Positions 35,201 to 46,265 of a stretch of 64,000 nt of DNA are shown piece after piece (position 1 is the stretch's first letter; the number at the start of each line of letters is the position of its first letter). Source of the DNA: Halocafeteria seosinensis (Eukaryota); assembly GCA_001687465.1 (NCBI GenBank), contig LVLI01000229.1, positions 62,001 through 126,000 on the forward strand, read 5' to 3'. Below the pieces are notes generated by a model. The model was not told the origin of the DNA and did not search any database. It saw nothing but the letters and a program-made list of their open reading frames with translations. The position numbers and the translations under genes are program-made.

Positions 35201-38200
35201 TTGCTCACGCTGTGGGTAGCAATTGTGAGTGACTCATGTTTTGAAGTCCGGAAAACATGTTGGCACATATTACGTTCGTGGCTAGTTTGTCATCCGGATT
35301 TAGCTAGCGTCCAGTTTGCTGACCACCCCAGTACTGCTAAGTATTCTCTTTATAACCGTGTTAAATGGTTCAGTGACGTAGTGTCCCGAGTACTGTTGGA
35401 GTCTCACCCAGCGCTTTCGACGGGCCATCAGGCGGAGTTATTGAACCACTGTGCAGACTCCGTGGAAGTGTTGATACAAATTTACAATGTGACCTCTTCC
35501 CCAGGAAGTGATGAGGCTTGTGATGTGGCTACCATCTTGCTCCAATGTGTTGCTGCGGCAATTGCACCCTTTGGTTGTGTCGACTCGTCAGGTGTGGACA
35601 AACGTGTTATGCAGCAGTCGAGGAACCTTTTGTCACACGCATGCAGTGCTGTTTCCATACTGGTAGAGCCATCTATTTCAGAATGTATATTTCGGGGATC
35701 ACCATTGCTTCTGAATTTGTACCTCGGAGTGTATGTCGTTAATCGGTCACCGATCGTCGACGATGAGTATCGCAAGCATGCGTCGCTGACCCTTCAGGGC
35801 GCTATCTACGATATTATTGGCCATTTTCGACCAATAGTCTGCGACAGTCCATGGTTTGTTACTTCCGACGACCTTTTGCTTTGTTACATATTTTCTATTG
35901 GTGGAATATCAAAATCGTTTGAAGAGAACTTGTCGCCGTGGATGAAGCATTTTTGTAGTCAGCTACTCAAGTATAACGATGAAGCTGATGCCCATTCCGG
36001 GATATCCCCCACTCCTGATATAGGGAATCATAACCAGTTAATGGCCTCGCACCTGGCGTTTCATTGTTACGAGTCCCTCGTTTTACCCAGAGCCTTGTTG
36101 ATTTCGGCAAGCCAATCGGTTGACCATGCCTGCATTTCCGATGAAGAAGCAATACTCAAATGTAGAACTGCGTTTGAAGTGTTCTTTTTGCTGCCTCTCA
36201 ACGCACGCCAATTCATACGCGACTTCCTCGGGGAAGGCCACAATTTTGCATCGGATTTTTTCGGAGGAACTGAGTCGACTATGCGAATGTTAGCACGGCA
36301 AGTATGGGACTGTGCCCGGTTCTATACAACGGAGCGTAATCCGATGAAGGGTACCCGTTTCGGATCAAGCGTTTGCACATCTGACCAGCTCCTGAGCTCA
36401 CCCTCGTTGCCTGCTGAAGTCGCTGGTTTTGTTTCGGGAAATGTGCAGGGGGCACCTTCCCGCAAGTCCACCGTTCGGTTGTTTTGGAATGACCACTGTA
36501 TTTGCCTTGCTCAACCGAGTGTCGAGCTCCACGATCGAACACATTCTGTGCAGAAGTACTGGATCCTTGAGTTTTTCACTTCCTTCGGCTACTGCCAGAA
36601 ACGTGTGAGTACAGAAACGAACCCCCTCTCTTCGCTTCCTGTTTCGCCTTTTGATACTGTCAGTTTCCGGAACCGAGGTGAGGAAGCGTCTTTGGAATCC
36701 CGCCAATACTCTTTGGAATTGTTCAATAGTAATTGGGATGATATGCCTTCCAAGTATGTTACATCTCAGGACACCAGCCCCAGCAAAGGCTCACCTGATA
36801 GTGATGCGGTATCCAGTAGGAGCGGTAGGACGTTTACTTCTCCTGGTTCGCCCCGTGTAGCTTTTGAACAAAGCAAGGGAAAACTACAGTTTTCAAAACT
36901 TTCCCCCAAAGCTGACGTGACCTACCAACGTGTACTTCGTTTAGGAGAGGAATCAGGAGATCACGAGGAGGGGATCTCTCGCACACCTCTCCCACCGCGG
37001 GATCGCTCCTATAGTACACCGAGCCCTCCGGATCACTCCTTCTACCAGGAACGATACGGCTCGCAGAACTCTCATGTTTCTGTTACCTCGCCGTTGCGAG
37101 AGCCATTTACTCTTCGTTCAACTGTGTCCGAGCTTAACGAAGACACGTTTTCTTTGGAAGAAACCGAAGATAAATCTAGTTCTTGGCATGGGATAATGAA
37201 GTGGTTGACCCACAAGACCTCAAATACGAATTCCAACAGTCGGGCTTTGTTCCAACACTCATATCAAGAGGTGCAATCTACTGCTACAAGCAGAGTAGAT
37301 CCCAGTTGTGCTACCAGCTCTTCATTCGATGCAATGGCCCGCCAGCTTCGTGATATTTTAAGCGAGTCCCGAGGCGAGAGTGAAACGCAGTCATCAGAAT
37401 CAACGTTTCGAGAGCTGCAGCAGCATTTTGATGAGGAAGCCATCTTTCCAGTTTGTCGGACCATGCGAATGCTTGAGAAATGGTGTCCAAGTGAGCTGCA
37501 TAAATTTGGAGTTATGTACATTTCGAAGGATGCCACTACAGAAGAGGAGGTACTGGCAACTGAGACCATTCCCCGATGGGCTTTGCAATTCTTAAACTAT
37601 CTAGGAGAAACAACTCCTACAAAGAATTGCAAAAAATACCTGGGTGGACTTGACAATGAGCATAATACTGATGGACGCTTTTGTATCACCTATGAGTCCA
37701 CCAGCAACATAACACGTATAGCATTTCACTGTGTTCATCTGATGCTAGACCGAACTTGTGAGGATGGGTGTACTCCTTCTGAGCAATCGTCTCTTACGTC
37801 AATCAAACGGCATATTGGGAATGATTTCGTCACCATCATCTTGCTGGAGCCAGGGGCACAGTTCAATTGGAGGTCGTTTCTGGGCGAGTTCAATCTCGTT
37901 GCCATTTTGGTGCAACCAGTTGTAAACGAATTCGTCGATGCAGCAATGAATTTTGACTTCCTACGAATCAGTATCATTTCGAAACGGTCGCTACCACCGT
38001 TTGGTCCGAGGGGTCCTATATCTGGTGTGGCGGATAACTGGTGGACGTACATGCTGTCTTTTCGGAACCATGTGCAGAAGTGGCTCTCCATCGGCGAGGT
38101 GGCTGAGACAATGGGAGATAAAAGCGTGGAACAATACGCTGACCTGCATTTTTCCCATGGTAGTGATAATGCTGAAGACACACCGTTGATTAGGGCGGAG

Positions 38201-38467
38201 CAGGATCTTTCAGATATTGCAGCCAACGGACGGCTGTCACCGCGTAGTTCTTTCATCACGAGCTTTTCCTCTGCTGCATCCCTTGTAAGGTCGACAGCGA
38301 TTCAAGCTGACATCAGTTGCCGATTATGTTTGAGAGGACTAGTTGAGCCCATTTCAGGCTTTGAGGAGAGATCGCGTTTGTTCGATAATTGCCTGAGTAA
38401 ACTTGCACAAACTCAGCGGTATGAAACAATGGGATCATTACAGTCATCACTGGAATCAGAAATATAA
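32234..38467 (+). CDS. TSC2: Tuberin (TSC2)-like Rheb GAP
   Basis: 2077-aa uninterrupted ORF. C-terminal Rap-GAP domain (HKFGVMY, FLNYLG, YLGGLD, IAFH, KRHIGNDFVTII). The N-terminal helical region has TSC2-like segments (ATRDG, LICGCINLVSKAVW, RLIRYYG...EWD) that favour TSC2 over RalGAP-alpha. Confidence 0.85.
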   Translation: MASLSWNGSSATAAVDVAMHGRQLPKDVKTFIKFLEPLQEESTNLSSRSTNVNLSYSTESDNFFQNSKDIIERLIKLKKSLYDKDCEYEILLVVWDHLRSILNRLDQYKKRQSYGDAGTSEEREEGSYGGNERDASVGAAMQNAVFEVMFAMADNQFDELSVLRREFLELVRDPSYPVHVRILLLKKATRDGCRLDPFVPEVEDALLKLSNKGSEAPSAFTNMAAVLLRNGFRSFPTSVVETVIGQVNEIAEDAVKDGDTMGCRRCLSVYEAVVQAGILPCNSIGNITGIICHSWILVKHEAHSIMHLLMQTEVKYQTLVSLMKLLEQWESIPTKLICGCINLVSKAVWEDDEYGDAPFTKVSLLKLFYQMRSSEDGEIILQMLLALERLIRYYGPQLTIEWDYVFKVLSAVFHDCKTGKMITVPTHPSAFGLQLRSEASGISGGESGAGAKTPATEHQRVQSMLSRKIGAQISAQERSHDRILKVGAKAHHLSGVSRETRKETATTVSSSWGESIGGLPSEYIPESDEAISREMSATNIFDALLAAVEPIQDVFLDYKFSGSIEALEEVCEIADDLGSFSCKMILLRLRSQRILKVSSRYPSFEAWLKDVQRFLYVFYLHEGNPFVRRQCLHVLWIVWQLYRNFIGPDYFSCKPPTDGDSPDPRLKRKSNPALRETLSREFTLKAAIQQGRSRKGNGNAPQTGSNMLSSSSAINGPPLTTRRRANTMAQTGDQERPRVADQVYQSNVDELLANVYAPLFAHAPVDPDSTTRTQAMSLMVKMMPQITTSALDELLQLLNDIAWIDDHKDNEEQFLSCSPLQQYLSFGFTEGELPRGCDDVVRNSTVPASFLSGIGIGSLLRHTLPHLPSSEPKYLIECLQQMLRAHSSAISRLLAVMNLSSIQFWSDFRIQWFPHHHFVDDDTLEPQNLFEVTDIVPQLPTLCGKCEDINCPRLSATRKAYFLYLLIPGRETAFDSNNSAFSAIEGDQLLLTLWVAIVSDSCFEVRKTCWHILRSWLVCHPDLASVQFADHPSTAKYSLYNRVKWFSDVVSRVLLESHPALSTGHQAELLNHCADSVEVLIQIYNVTSSPGSDEACDVATILLQCVAAAIAPFGCVDSSGVDKRVMQQSRNLLSHACSAVSILVEPSISECIFRGSPLLLNLYLGVYVVNRSPIVDDEYRKHASLTLQGAIYDIIGHFRPIVCDSPWFVTSDDLLLCYIFSIGGISKSFEENLSPWMKHFCSQLLKYNDEADAHSGISPTPDIGNHNQLMASHLAFHCYESLVLPRALLISASQSVDHACISDEEAILKCRTAFEVFFLLPLNARQFIRDFLGEGHNFASDFFGGTESTMRMLARQVWDCARFYTTERNPMKGTRFGSSVCTSDQLLSSPSLPAEVAGFVSGNVQGAPSRKSTVRLFWNDHCICLAQPSVELHDRTHSVQKYWILEFFTSFGYCQKRVSTETNPLSSLPVSPFDTVSFRNRGEEASLESRQYSLELFNSNWDDMPSKYVTSQDTSPSKGSPDSDAVSSRSGRTFTSPGSPRVAFEQSKGKLQFSKLSPKADVTYQRVLRLGEESGDHEEGISRTPLPPRDRSYSTPSPPDHSFYQERYGSQNSHVSVTSPLREPFTLRSTVSELNEDTFSLEETEDKSSSWHGIMKWLTHKTSNTNSNSRALFQHSYQEVQSTATSRVDPSCATSSSFDAMARQLRDILSESRGESETQSSESTFRELQQHFDEEAIFPVCRTMRMLEKWCPSELHKFGVMYISKDATTEEEVLATETIPRWALQFLNYLGETTPTKNCKKYLGGLDNEHNTDGRFCITYESTSNITRIAFHCVHLMLDRTCEDGCTPSEQSSLTSIKRHIGNDFVTIILLEPGAQFNWRSFLGEFNLVAILVQPVVNEFVDAAMNFDFLRISIISKRSLPPFGPRGPISGVADNWWTYMLSFRNHVQKWLSIGEVAETMGDKSVEQYADLHFSHGSDNAEDTPLIRAEQDLSDIAANGRLSPRSSFITSFSSAASLVRSTAIQADISCRLCLRGLVEPISGFEERSRLFDNCLSKLAQTQRYETMGSLQSSLESEI

Positions 38468-39186
38468 TTGGTGTTGGGCTAGACGATGAACGGCGGAGGC
38501 CGCCACCAGGCAATGCTGGCCGTCTGCACTAGTGCTAGAAGCTTTGTGGACTTAGTTGTTTAGGTAAATGATACCGTACACCCTACCTTTCGTGTCAGGA
38601 ATTACCCATCATAGAATTAGCAAACTCCTGGAATTCTGGAAGGTCTGCTTCCACGGGGTGATTCGTAAAAAATTATAAGCCTTACTTAGGGTGCATACCA
38701 GCACTTTTTGATTAATTTCCTGAGAACACGCCAATGTTTCAATTGTTTTGCCTTAAAACTTCCTCCATGCCGTAACTGGCAGATAACCGTTAAGCTCAGG
38801 TTCCGCAATGACTTCACACAATACCAAAATCACTGTTCCCAATGCCATGCATACAAATGTAATCTAAGTATGTACACCCTTGTCTTCATTGTTTTACTAT
38901 TGAGAATTCCTTGTGGATAGTTTGTCGCGTGCGTCAAGGAGTGCAAAGCCGTGTATGGCCTGCCAGTTGGTGGGACACTCAACTCCGGGAAGAAACATCC
39001 TAAACTCTGGTTCATTTTCCCCACAAACTAGCAGCTTGTAGCACGTTGCTCTGGTAGTTTTCCTCTTGTTGACTGACCTAGAAGCGTGGTACACTGTCTC
39101 CAGCATTGTGATGAAATGGAAGCTGTCCAGGAAGTGTACACGAAGGAGTGAAAGTACGTTTGGAAGACGTCAGAGCAGTAAGCGTC

Positions 39187-42100
39187 ATGCCGCCTCCTAT
39201 TACCGAGCCCTTAAAGGCGATAAAGAGGCGGAAGAGGAGGACGAAGAAGAAACGAAGGTTTAAATATGAGAAAGCAGAAGCGTCAGCACTCAACTTGGAC
39301 TTCTTCCATGCTCTTACGGCCGATTCAGCGGGCAATGAATCCAAGGGAGCATCTGGAAGTGGTTCCAAGAAAGCTACTGGATGCAAGGTAAAAATTGTGG
39401 ACAGTATTGTATTTGCTTCTGGGTAAGTCCTTTTTCTGTTACGTCAGCTACATCTATGCTACATGGAATGATGAGATGTGCAGATCCCCGACTATATGGT
39501 ACGCAACTGAGAAACATTCAGGAAGAGTACTGAAGCGTCCACATGCACAATTATTTTACGAGAATATTTTCCACTTTTTCAATGTGTGGGCAACGGAAAG
39601 ACGAAAAGTAGAAACTCCTTCGAAACTTGATAAAATTTCTGATATTGTGGCTATCTTCCACCCAATGAATCCTCAAGCTGATCCGGAACTCCTTCCACTG
39701 CAACTGGTATATCTGACCGACAGGACACTTAAGCCATACTTACGAGGAGAGATCACCGATAATGAAGCCAATAACTTGATCCACCGCTCGGATGGAGCGT
39801 CAATGAACTATTTGGATGCCAAACTTAAACAACTCGGCAGACTTGACCAGAAAGTAGAGGAAGACGAACACTTCGGATACCGGACTGGGGTTCTGCAATA
39901 CTTCCCCTGGCCATATTCGGATTTTAATGGTAAGGTTCAACAGCATAACATCAGTGAAATTCTGGACTTCCCTTTCGACAAATATTACAGAAATGCTTCG
40001 AGTATGCATTAAACCTGAGAAGAAAAGTTCATCCAGACGATCGAAGGCTCACGCTCCACCGATGGGTGTGGGAATGGGAATGCGAATTTTTAGCATTGAA
40101 AGGAAGAAAGGAGCTGTACCGATTGTGGACGTTTCAAGGTATGCACTGTGTATCGACGCTTATCAGTTCAAGGCTCACGTCGTACCTAGTACTCTATTGC
40201 TCCAGCTTCGCTCCCGGTAAGCGTGGCCAGACGTGGGACATCCTGGGTAGCAAGGGGAAGCCCAGCGCCACCCCAGTGGAGGTAGTGAAGGTGGAGGAGG
40301 AGGCATTTCTTCTGTAAGTTTGATTTTGCTCCGACTTTACACACAATCGCATAAACTACATGAGTTTATTAACAGGGAATTGGTCCGGAAAGCCTGTTAC
40401 AACATTGTCTGCCACTTGGCAAACGTATATGAAACTGTGAGTGGCTACGGTTACTGAAGATGCTCAACTACTTGGCTGACCAGAACATGTCGTACCACCC
40501 ACATACCCGCAGAGAGACCAGCCGCTCAAGTTTATCCGCTTGTACTTTAAACTTGATAGCAGACACGTCCTACATTTAATGTGGTGCGATAAAATGATAA
40601 CTGAGTATCAGCAAGTTGAAGCCCCAAGTGAAGCATTCCAAAGCGTAAATAGTAAGTGACCTTGATATGTCCCGTAAAAGTGTATCGTGATAAGACTTTT
40701 GCTGCAGTGGACTCCACCGTGGAACTAAGTAACATGTCCATATACCCCGAAGGTACAGCGGAGTCAGAGCACATCACTCCAGCACCTACCCCGTCTGTCG
40801 AAAAAGCCGAGGCTCCAGAAGGCATACTTTCAAAGTACTCCAGGAAGTACCAGGTGTGGACAAAAAGTGCTTCTCCAGCAGAGCTCCACGATTTTCTCCA
40901 TGAAGACAAAATGAAGGAATTCGACCCTTCAGATAACGAAGCTATCGTTTCGAAAGAGTACCATGAACATCAGTTGGCACTCCAAGTCATGGCTACCACA
41001 GGGAAGGGGCTCAACGAAAGAGTTTTGCCTATGTACACTACAGCAACGCCGACGAAGAAATACGGTCCCTCTAATGCCAAGTAGGTTTTCCAACACTGAT
41101 GGTGCATTGCCTATCCCATTCTTCGACTTCAAATGGTTTTCGAATACAGGACAAGAAGACGCCTTGGGAAGCAGTTGAAAATAATGCAAGAAAATTCCCA
41201 AAACAGTTTTTTTCAGCAGGTTCTTTGGCTGAGGAAAATATATGATAGCGGTACCGATGGTACGTAACTTGTAAAGCCCCTCTACTTTTTCAAATCGACG
41301 AATTCCATCTGGTTTGCAGAGGGAGTGGTGAGGAGTTTATCCAAGGAAATAGGAATTGACATGAACCAACTTGTACAGCTTGATCGGCGTGAACTTGAAC
41401 TGTTTCTAGGCTCAAGAGTATGTATGGTATACGTGCAAGGCGGGAATACGTCACTACCTCTGTTCATTTCGATTCATGACTTGCAGAACTCGACCGCGTC
41501 GTCCTCGAATAACTCTAACTGGCTAGGGAGATTCGGGCTTCAGAGTAGATCAGGTTCCGAGGAATCTAGCCGCTTTGGTAGCCATAGTAGGGCAGGTTCA
41601 GCCGTACCATCCATTCCAAAATCAGCATCTACGATGGATTTACGAGCCGCCAGCTCTTCCTTTTATCAACCAACTACTTCCCTGTCCGAGTTTTCGATGT
41701 TGGAGAGTAGCCCTCGAACTACAATTGAGCAATGGAGGGACAGGAGAAAACTCTTTGAACAGTCTACCGAAGGAAACTCATATCACGGTGAATACGAAGG
41801 GGCGGAAGTTAATGGAGATAGCGTGGAGGCGGCACAAATTAGGTATGAAGAAGGGCCACCTGTAGGACGCGATTCTGGAAACGGCCACCGTGAAGCAGCT
41901 GCAACGGAGAACGTTTCGGAACAGAAACCAGAACCTACATCAGCGGATACAGCAAACAAGGTACCTACGGAGGGAGATATCTTTGATCCAAAAGGGGAAG
42001 AAGACTTAGAAGAGGATCAAGACAAGAATATTCACCGTTTGGCTTTGCTGCGGGAGAGAGATGTCTTCAAACTTGCCCACCATCGTGAAGCGCAGTTGAA

Positions 42101-44691
42101 AGGAGACCTTGTACAGCACATGCTTATGCATTATCAGGACAATATAAACAAAGTAATGAGTGATCGGCTTGTAGAGCACACGGAGTCAGTGTATGGGAAG
42201 CCATCGGCAAGATCGGCCAAGTCTGCCCTTTCTGAATCAAAGAGTGACACCGCAATTCCTGTCCGCGAAGATGTAAACGTAGCAAGTGGACCAGAAAGAC
42301 CGAGTACGTCCCCAATTTCCTCAAAACCCAAGCCATCCACTGCCGACACCGACCAGAAAGGGCATAACCAGGCACCCACCAATGTCCATAGGGTTCCAGA
42401 ATTGAAGGAGACCTACGACACGGTGCCCGTACTCTACTATAAGTAAGAGCTGTTATCCAGCAACTACTATTACATCCAATGCGAAGCAACCTCTTATTTC
42501 GCAGCAAACCGGAAGATCCGTATAACCATCCTCGGAAAAATTCGAGACCAGTTTCCCCTGAAGACACATTTGCAAGTGTTGACCATCTCCTGGAATCCGC
42601 CGTAAGTGGGATGAATTGTATGAAAAACTTGCACGCGGATATCTAGGCCTGTCGAAATGTCATACCATACAGAGGGGAGCACGGTTTTTTGACGAGCACT
42701 ACGACGCGGAAGAGAAAGAACAGAAAGAGGAACCGAAGGAAGCGGAACAACAAGAAGAGTATGTCATCTAGCAACTGACCTCATGGCTGTCTCACGGTAA
42801 CTGTGTACGATGGTTCTCAACAGCTATCCAAACTCCGGACAAAATGCTCCGTCGAAGAAGAAGCATCCTAGTGAGAAAACATTTGCGCGAAAGTAAGGCC
42901 CCGTTAATTTTGGACAGCAGCACCCGCAAGGGTAATTCATCAAATATTGTGACGGGTACAGATCGGTCGAGAAAGCTCTTCGCTCTGGAAGTCGTGGAGC
43001 TGGTGCGCCTGCCTTTGGCAAAAATATTACAGATTTCGTGGTCGCATTAGACGACATTGATGGTAAGCTGCGGCACTCATATACATCTGTTTCCTGAAAC
43101 GTTGATAATGGTGCTCTTCGGCAGGCGCCACCGCCGCCGTTAAGAGACAACGACGGATCGAGCGTCGGATTCGAAAACAAAGAAGGAGGGCTCTGCACAG
43201 TGCATTCAAAATGATAAGAGCCCATAGGAAAGATATGCCTATAGATTCCAAAACAGCGTATACTTACCATTCGCCCAAAGGGTCGTCCATGCAAATCAGC
43301 AATGAAATGGTGTCGGAGTTACCGTCGGAAACGCAGAAAGTTGTCAGGGATACGTTCCAGGAGGTACGGTCCAAACACATAGCACAATGGAAGGCACGGT
43401 TCCACACAACGATCATATATACAGATTTATTCAAACGATATGAAGAAAGATTCATTCTACGTTTCCCCTTCGGATGTCAAGGATCAGGATCGCCAAAGAT
43501 GGGAGCAGGTACGTGTAGCAAACTGCATTGCCCTTTCCTTGCCTAGGCACCCCGTTACAATAAAGTGGAATTGCGGGCAAATATACAGGCCACCATGGCC
43601 GAATATGAGCGTCGCCGTGAAGGACAACAGTCATTGAGGAAGTTTGAAGTAAGGCATGCAGTGGTGTACGTCGAGGACTAGTTGAAGCCATTACTTGTGG
43701 AAAGTGATACCGTTCTCCAGGATGAACGCTTGAAGAAGAGATTACACACAGCGGAACTGCCTGCAATCGACCAAGATAAATACCACAAGCTCAGTGGTGC
43801 TGAAAATGCGGGTATGTATGATGCTAGAGGGAAGCGTGATAGGCTTATTCATGTATCACGATCCCGCTTTCCGCAGATTCCCATGTACGAACTCTGCAGC
43901 GGCGGGCTAAAATGGCTTTCGGACCAAATGTTGATGTAATATGGGCTCCTCTGGAAAAATCAAAGCAGCAACCTAGACCCAAGAGTCAGAATCCTGGTAG
44001 CCCTCATCGGCATTCTCGACATACCGGCCATACAAGCAATGCGCCAGGAACCTCCAGTTACATGAATGAGAACTCATCTGTCCTTTCGTCAATTGCTAGT
44101 GTATCTCCTCCGCCGTCAACCGAGAAAGGCAGTCCGTTTGCTTCAAAATTGTTGCCTCAGTCGAAACCCCGCAGTTCCACTGCCGGTGAACTTGTTGCAA
44201 AGTGTCATCCACCGTTCAGTAAGCTGACGGCTGGTTCCTTAAATGCTATGACAAATTCTGAGGGCGAAGAAGAGGTACGGCAATTCGAAAAGGAGCAAGA
44301 GAAAGGGAAGGCGCGAGAAGTAAGGCAACATCTGCGAGCTTTGCGGCTAACGCACCAAAGAGGAGATAGTTCCGTTGAAAATATCTCTGTTGGGCCTTGG
44401 GGAAGCACTCTCGAGAGCCCTCAAGCGTCTAGTCCCCAGAAGCCGAAGAAAAAACGAAACAAGAAGCATAAGAATTACCTGCAAAAAAGTCAGCAAAGCA
44501 TGAGTACATTTGAGGATGATGGGGAAACAGTATCCCCTGAAGCAAGAGAGAGCCCATCCAGAATGTCGCCTTCGGATGGAAAACAAGAGGGCAGTATTTC
44601 AACGAATACTGGTACTTCCTTCATGAGCGTGGAGCCGCAGCATTCCGAGGACGCCAGCAACAAAATTCCTCCAACGGATTCTGCAGCATAG
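39187..44691 (+). CDS. Hypothetical protein, about 18 exons; globular-looking N-terminal ~350 aa followed by a low-complexity charged/Ser-rich region
   Basis: GT-AG introns (e.g. 39423-39483, 39930-39990, 40652-40707, 43649-43720) join all plus-strand fragments in one frame to TAG at 44691. Start uncertain. Confidence 0.7.
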
Positions 44692-44978
44692 GGTCATGAT
44701 GGGATGTACACACCGCAACAAGGAAGCCCAACTATACCTAAGACAAACATAAGCCAACAATAAACGATGTACAGCCAGTGAGTGGTGTTCCGGATCGGGA
44801 ACATTGTTTTCATTATTGTACGCATCATTAGTGGAAACGTAGCTTATGTTATTGCTTCCACATAAAACTTGCCTGCTGAGGCTATCATTACACGGTGTCA
44901 CCCACACGTAGCGCATGGCCGTATCTGACAACGTAAAAATGGTTGTGTGCTTCACTCAATACTGTTATTCTTTCCTTT

Positions 44979-45924
44979 TTAGATGAAATATTCACCGGTT
45001 GCAACCATTTTCTCCGCAAACTTTGTTTCCGCGCACTTCCTCTTGGGGTAGATCTCATGAGTAGTTCCCTGCAAAATTCAACCAAGACGCTTTGAAACCT
45101 TTCCGTAAAAGTGTAAGATCAGTTGATAGTGCGCACGCACTTGTTCGTCCGCTGTCCAACCGTAATCCTGACCCAACGTCAATGGATGGTGCCAAACATC
45201 TTTTGGCCCTTGAAAGTCTCGAATGTGCCGTCTTCGAGCGTCACTTAATTCGGACAGGCTTAACCTCGTGGACATCCTATCACCTCCTCCGACGGACTTC
45301 TCTCTCGCCTTTTCCTCTAAATGTTCTGCACTTACGTCCTTAAAGTACCGCGTGTACGAGGTTGTCAATGGTCCCCGTTTACCTTACCTTGAAGGGATCT
45401 GATTTTTTCCATAAAAGCGTCTTTCGGTATGACACTCTCTGCAGTGTTAGCAAAACGATCAAACATGATTAAGAGCTTCCCTGCTACGATGGAGAGGGTA
45501 GTACTTGCCTTGGTAATCAGAGAAGGCTTCCTGTAGTCTGCGTACTTCGCTAGTCGGCGGTGGTCCGTGGTACAAGTGCTTCAATAACGGTTCTATCTGG
45601 ACTCCAAACGCTCAGTAGATGTAACCAATGGACGTTAGTACGTCCCAGCAACAAAGTATAGTTCTTACTTGTGAATACTCTAACTTGCTACTGTCCGTTT
45701 GAAATCTGTCGAAGGCTCTGTCAAATTCATGTTCTTTGAACAGTGTTATATCTAGCGCATCCTGCAAATCCCAAGTTAGCCGTCATGCGTTTGAGTACCA
45801 AGAATCAGCTGTATTTCACGTTTCTCTGGAAAAAACAGCGTGTATATACATAAAAGGGCCTTACCAATTTGCAGGCTGCGATGGGATCCTGCGGTCCCAA
45901 GGCCGTTAGCCCAAAAAACGACAT
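44979..45924 (-). CDS. TEX49: TEX49/SPMIP11-like axonemal microtubule inner protein (6 exons)
   Basis: Spliced product: MSFFGLTALGPQDPIAACKL-DALDITLF...GPKDVWHHPLTLGQDYGW...YPKRKCAETKFAEKMVATGEYFI*. The N-terminal MxFFxLxxLGxQ and the P..PxTxxQxYGW motif are typical of this family. Mostly missed by the ORF track. Confidence 0.72.
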
Positions 45925-46265
45925 CTCCTATCCCCTACCCCAAGATCACACACGGTGCACAAATTCTCGACACGTAAAACTACCACACTAATACCAATAC
46001 TTTCTTTGCATTTGCATATACAGCCTCCCAAACGGCGGAAAAAGAGCGCGCGTTCTCGCAAGCTCGCAACTTGAAGTTGAAGTTGCTCCCATGTCCAAGG
46101 AAAGATTGTCGTCTTCTCATGGGGCTTCGAATTCAAAACGAGCACCAAGAGTGGTGGAAAAGGAATTGGAATTGAGAGGTTCTCAGGACGCCCATTGAGA
46201 GTTCGCTTCCAAAGCAGGAATCTGTTTCCTATAGATATAGCAAGCATTATTGGATTCATCTAGCC

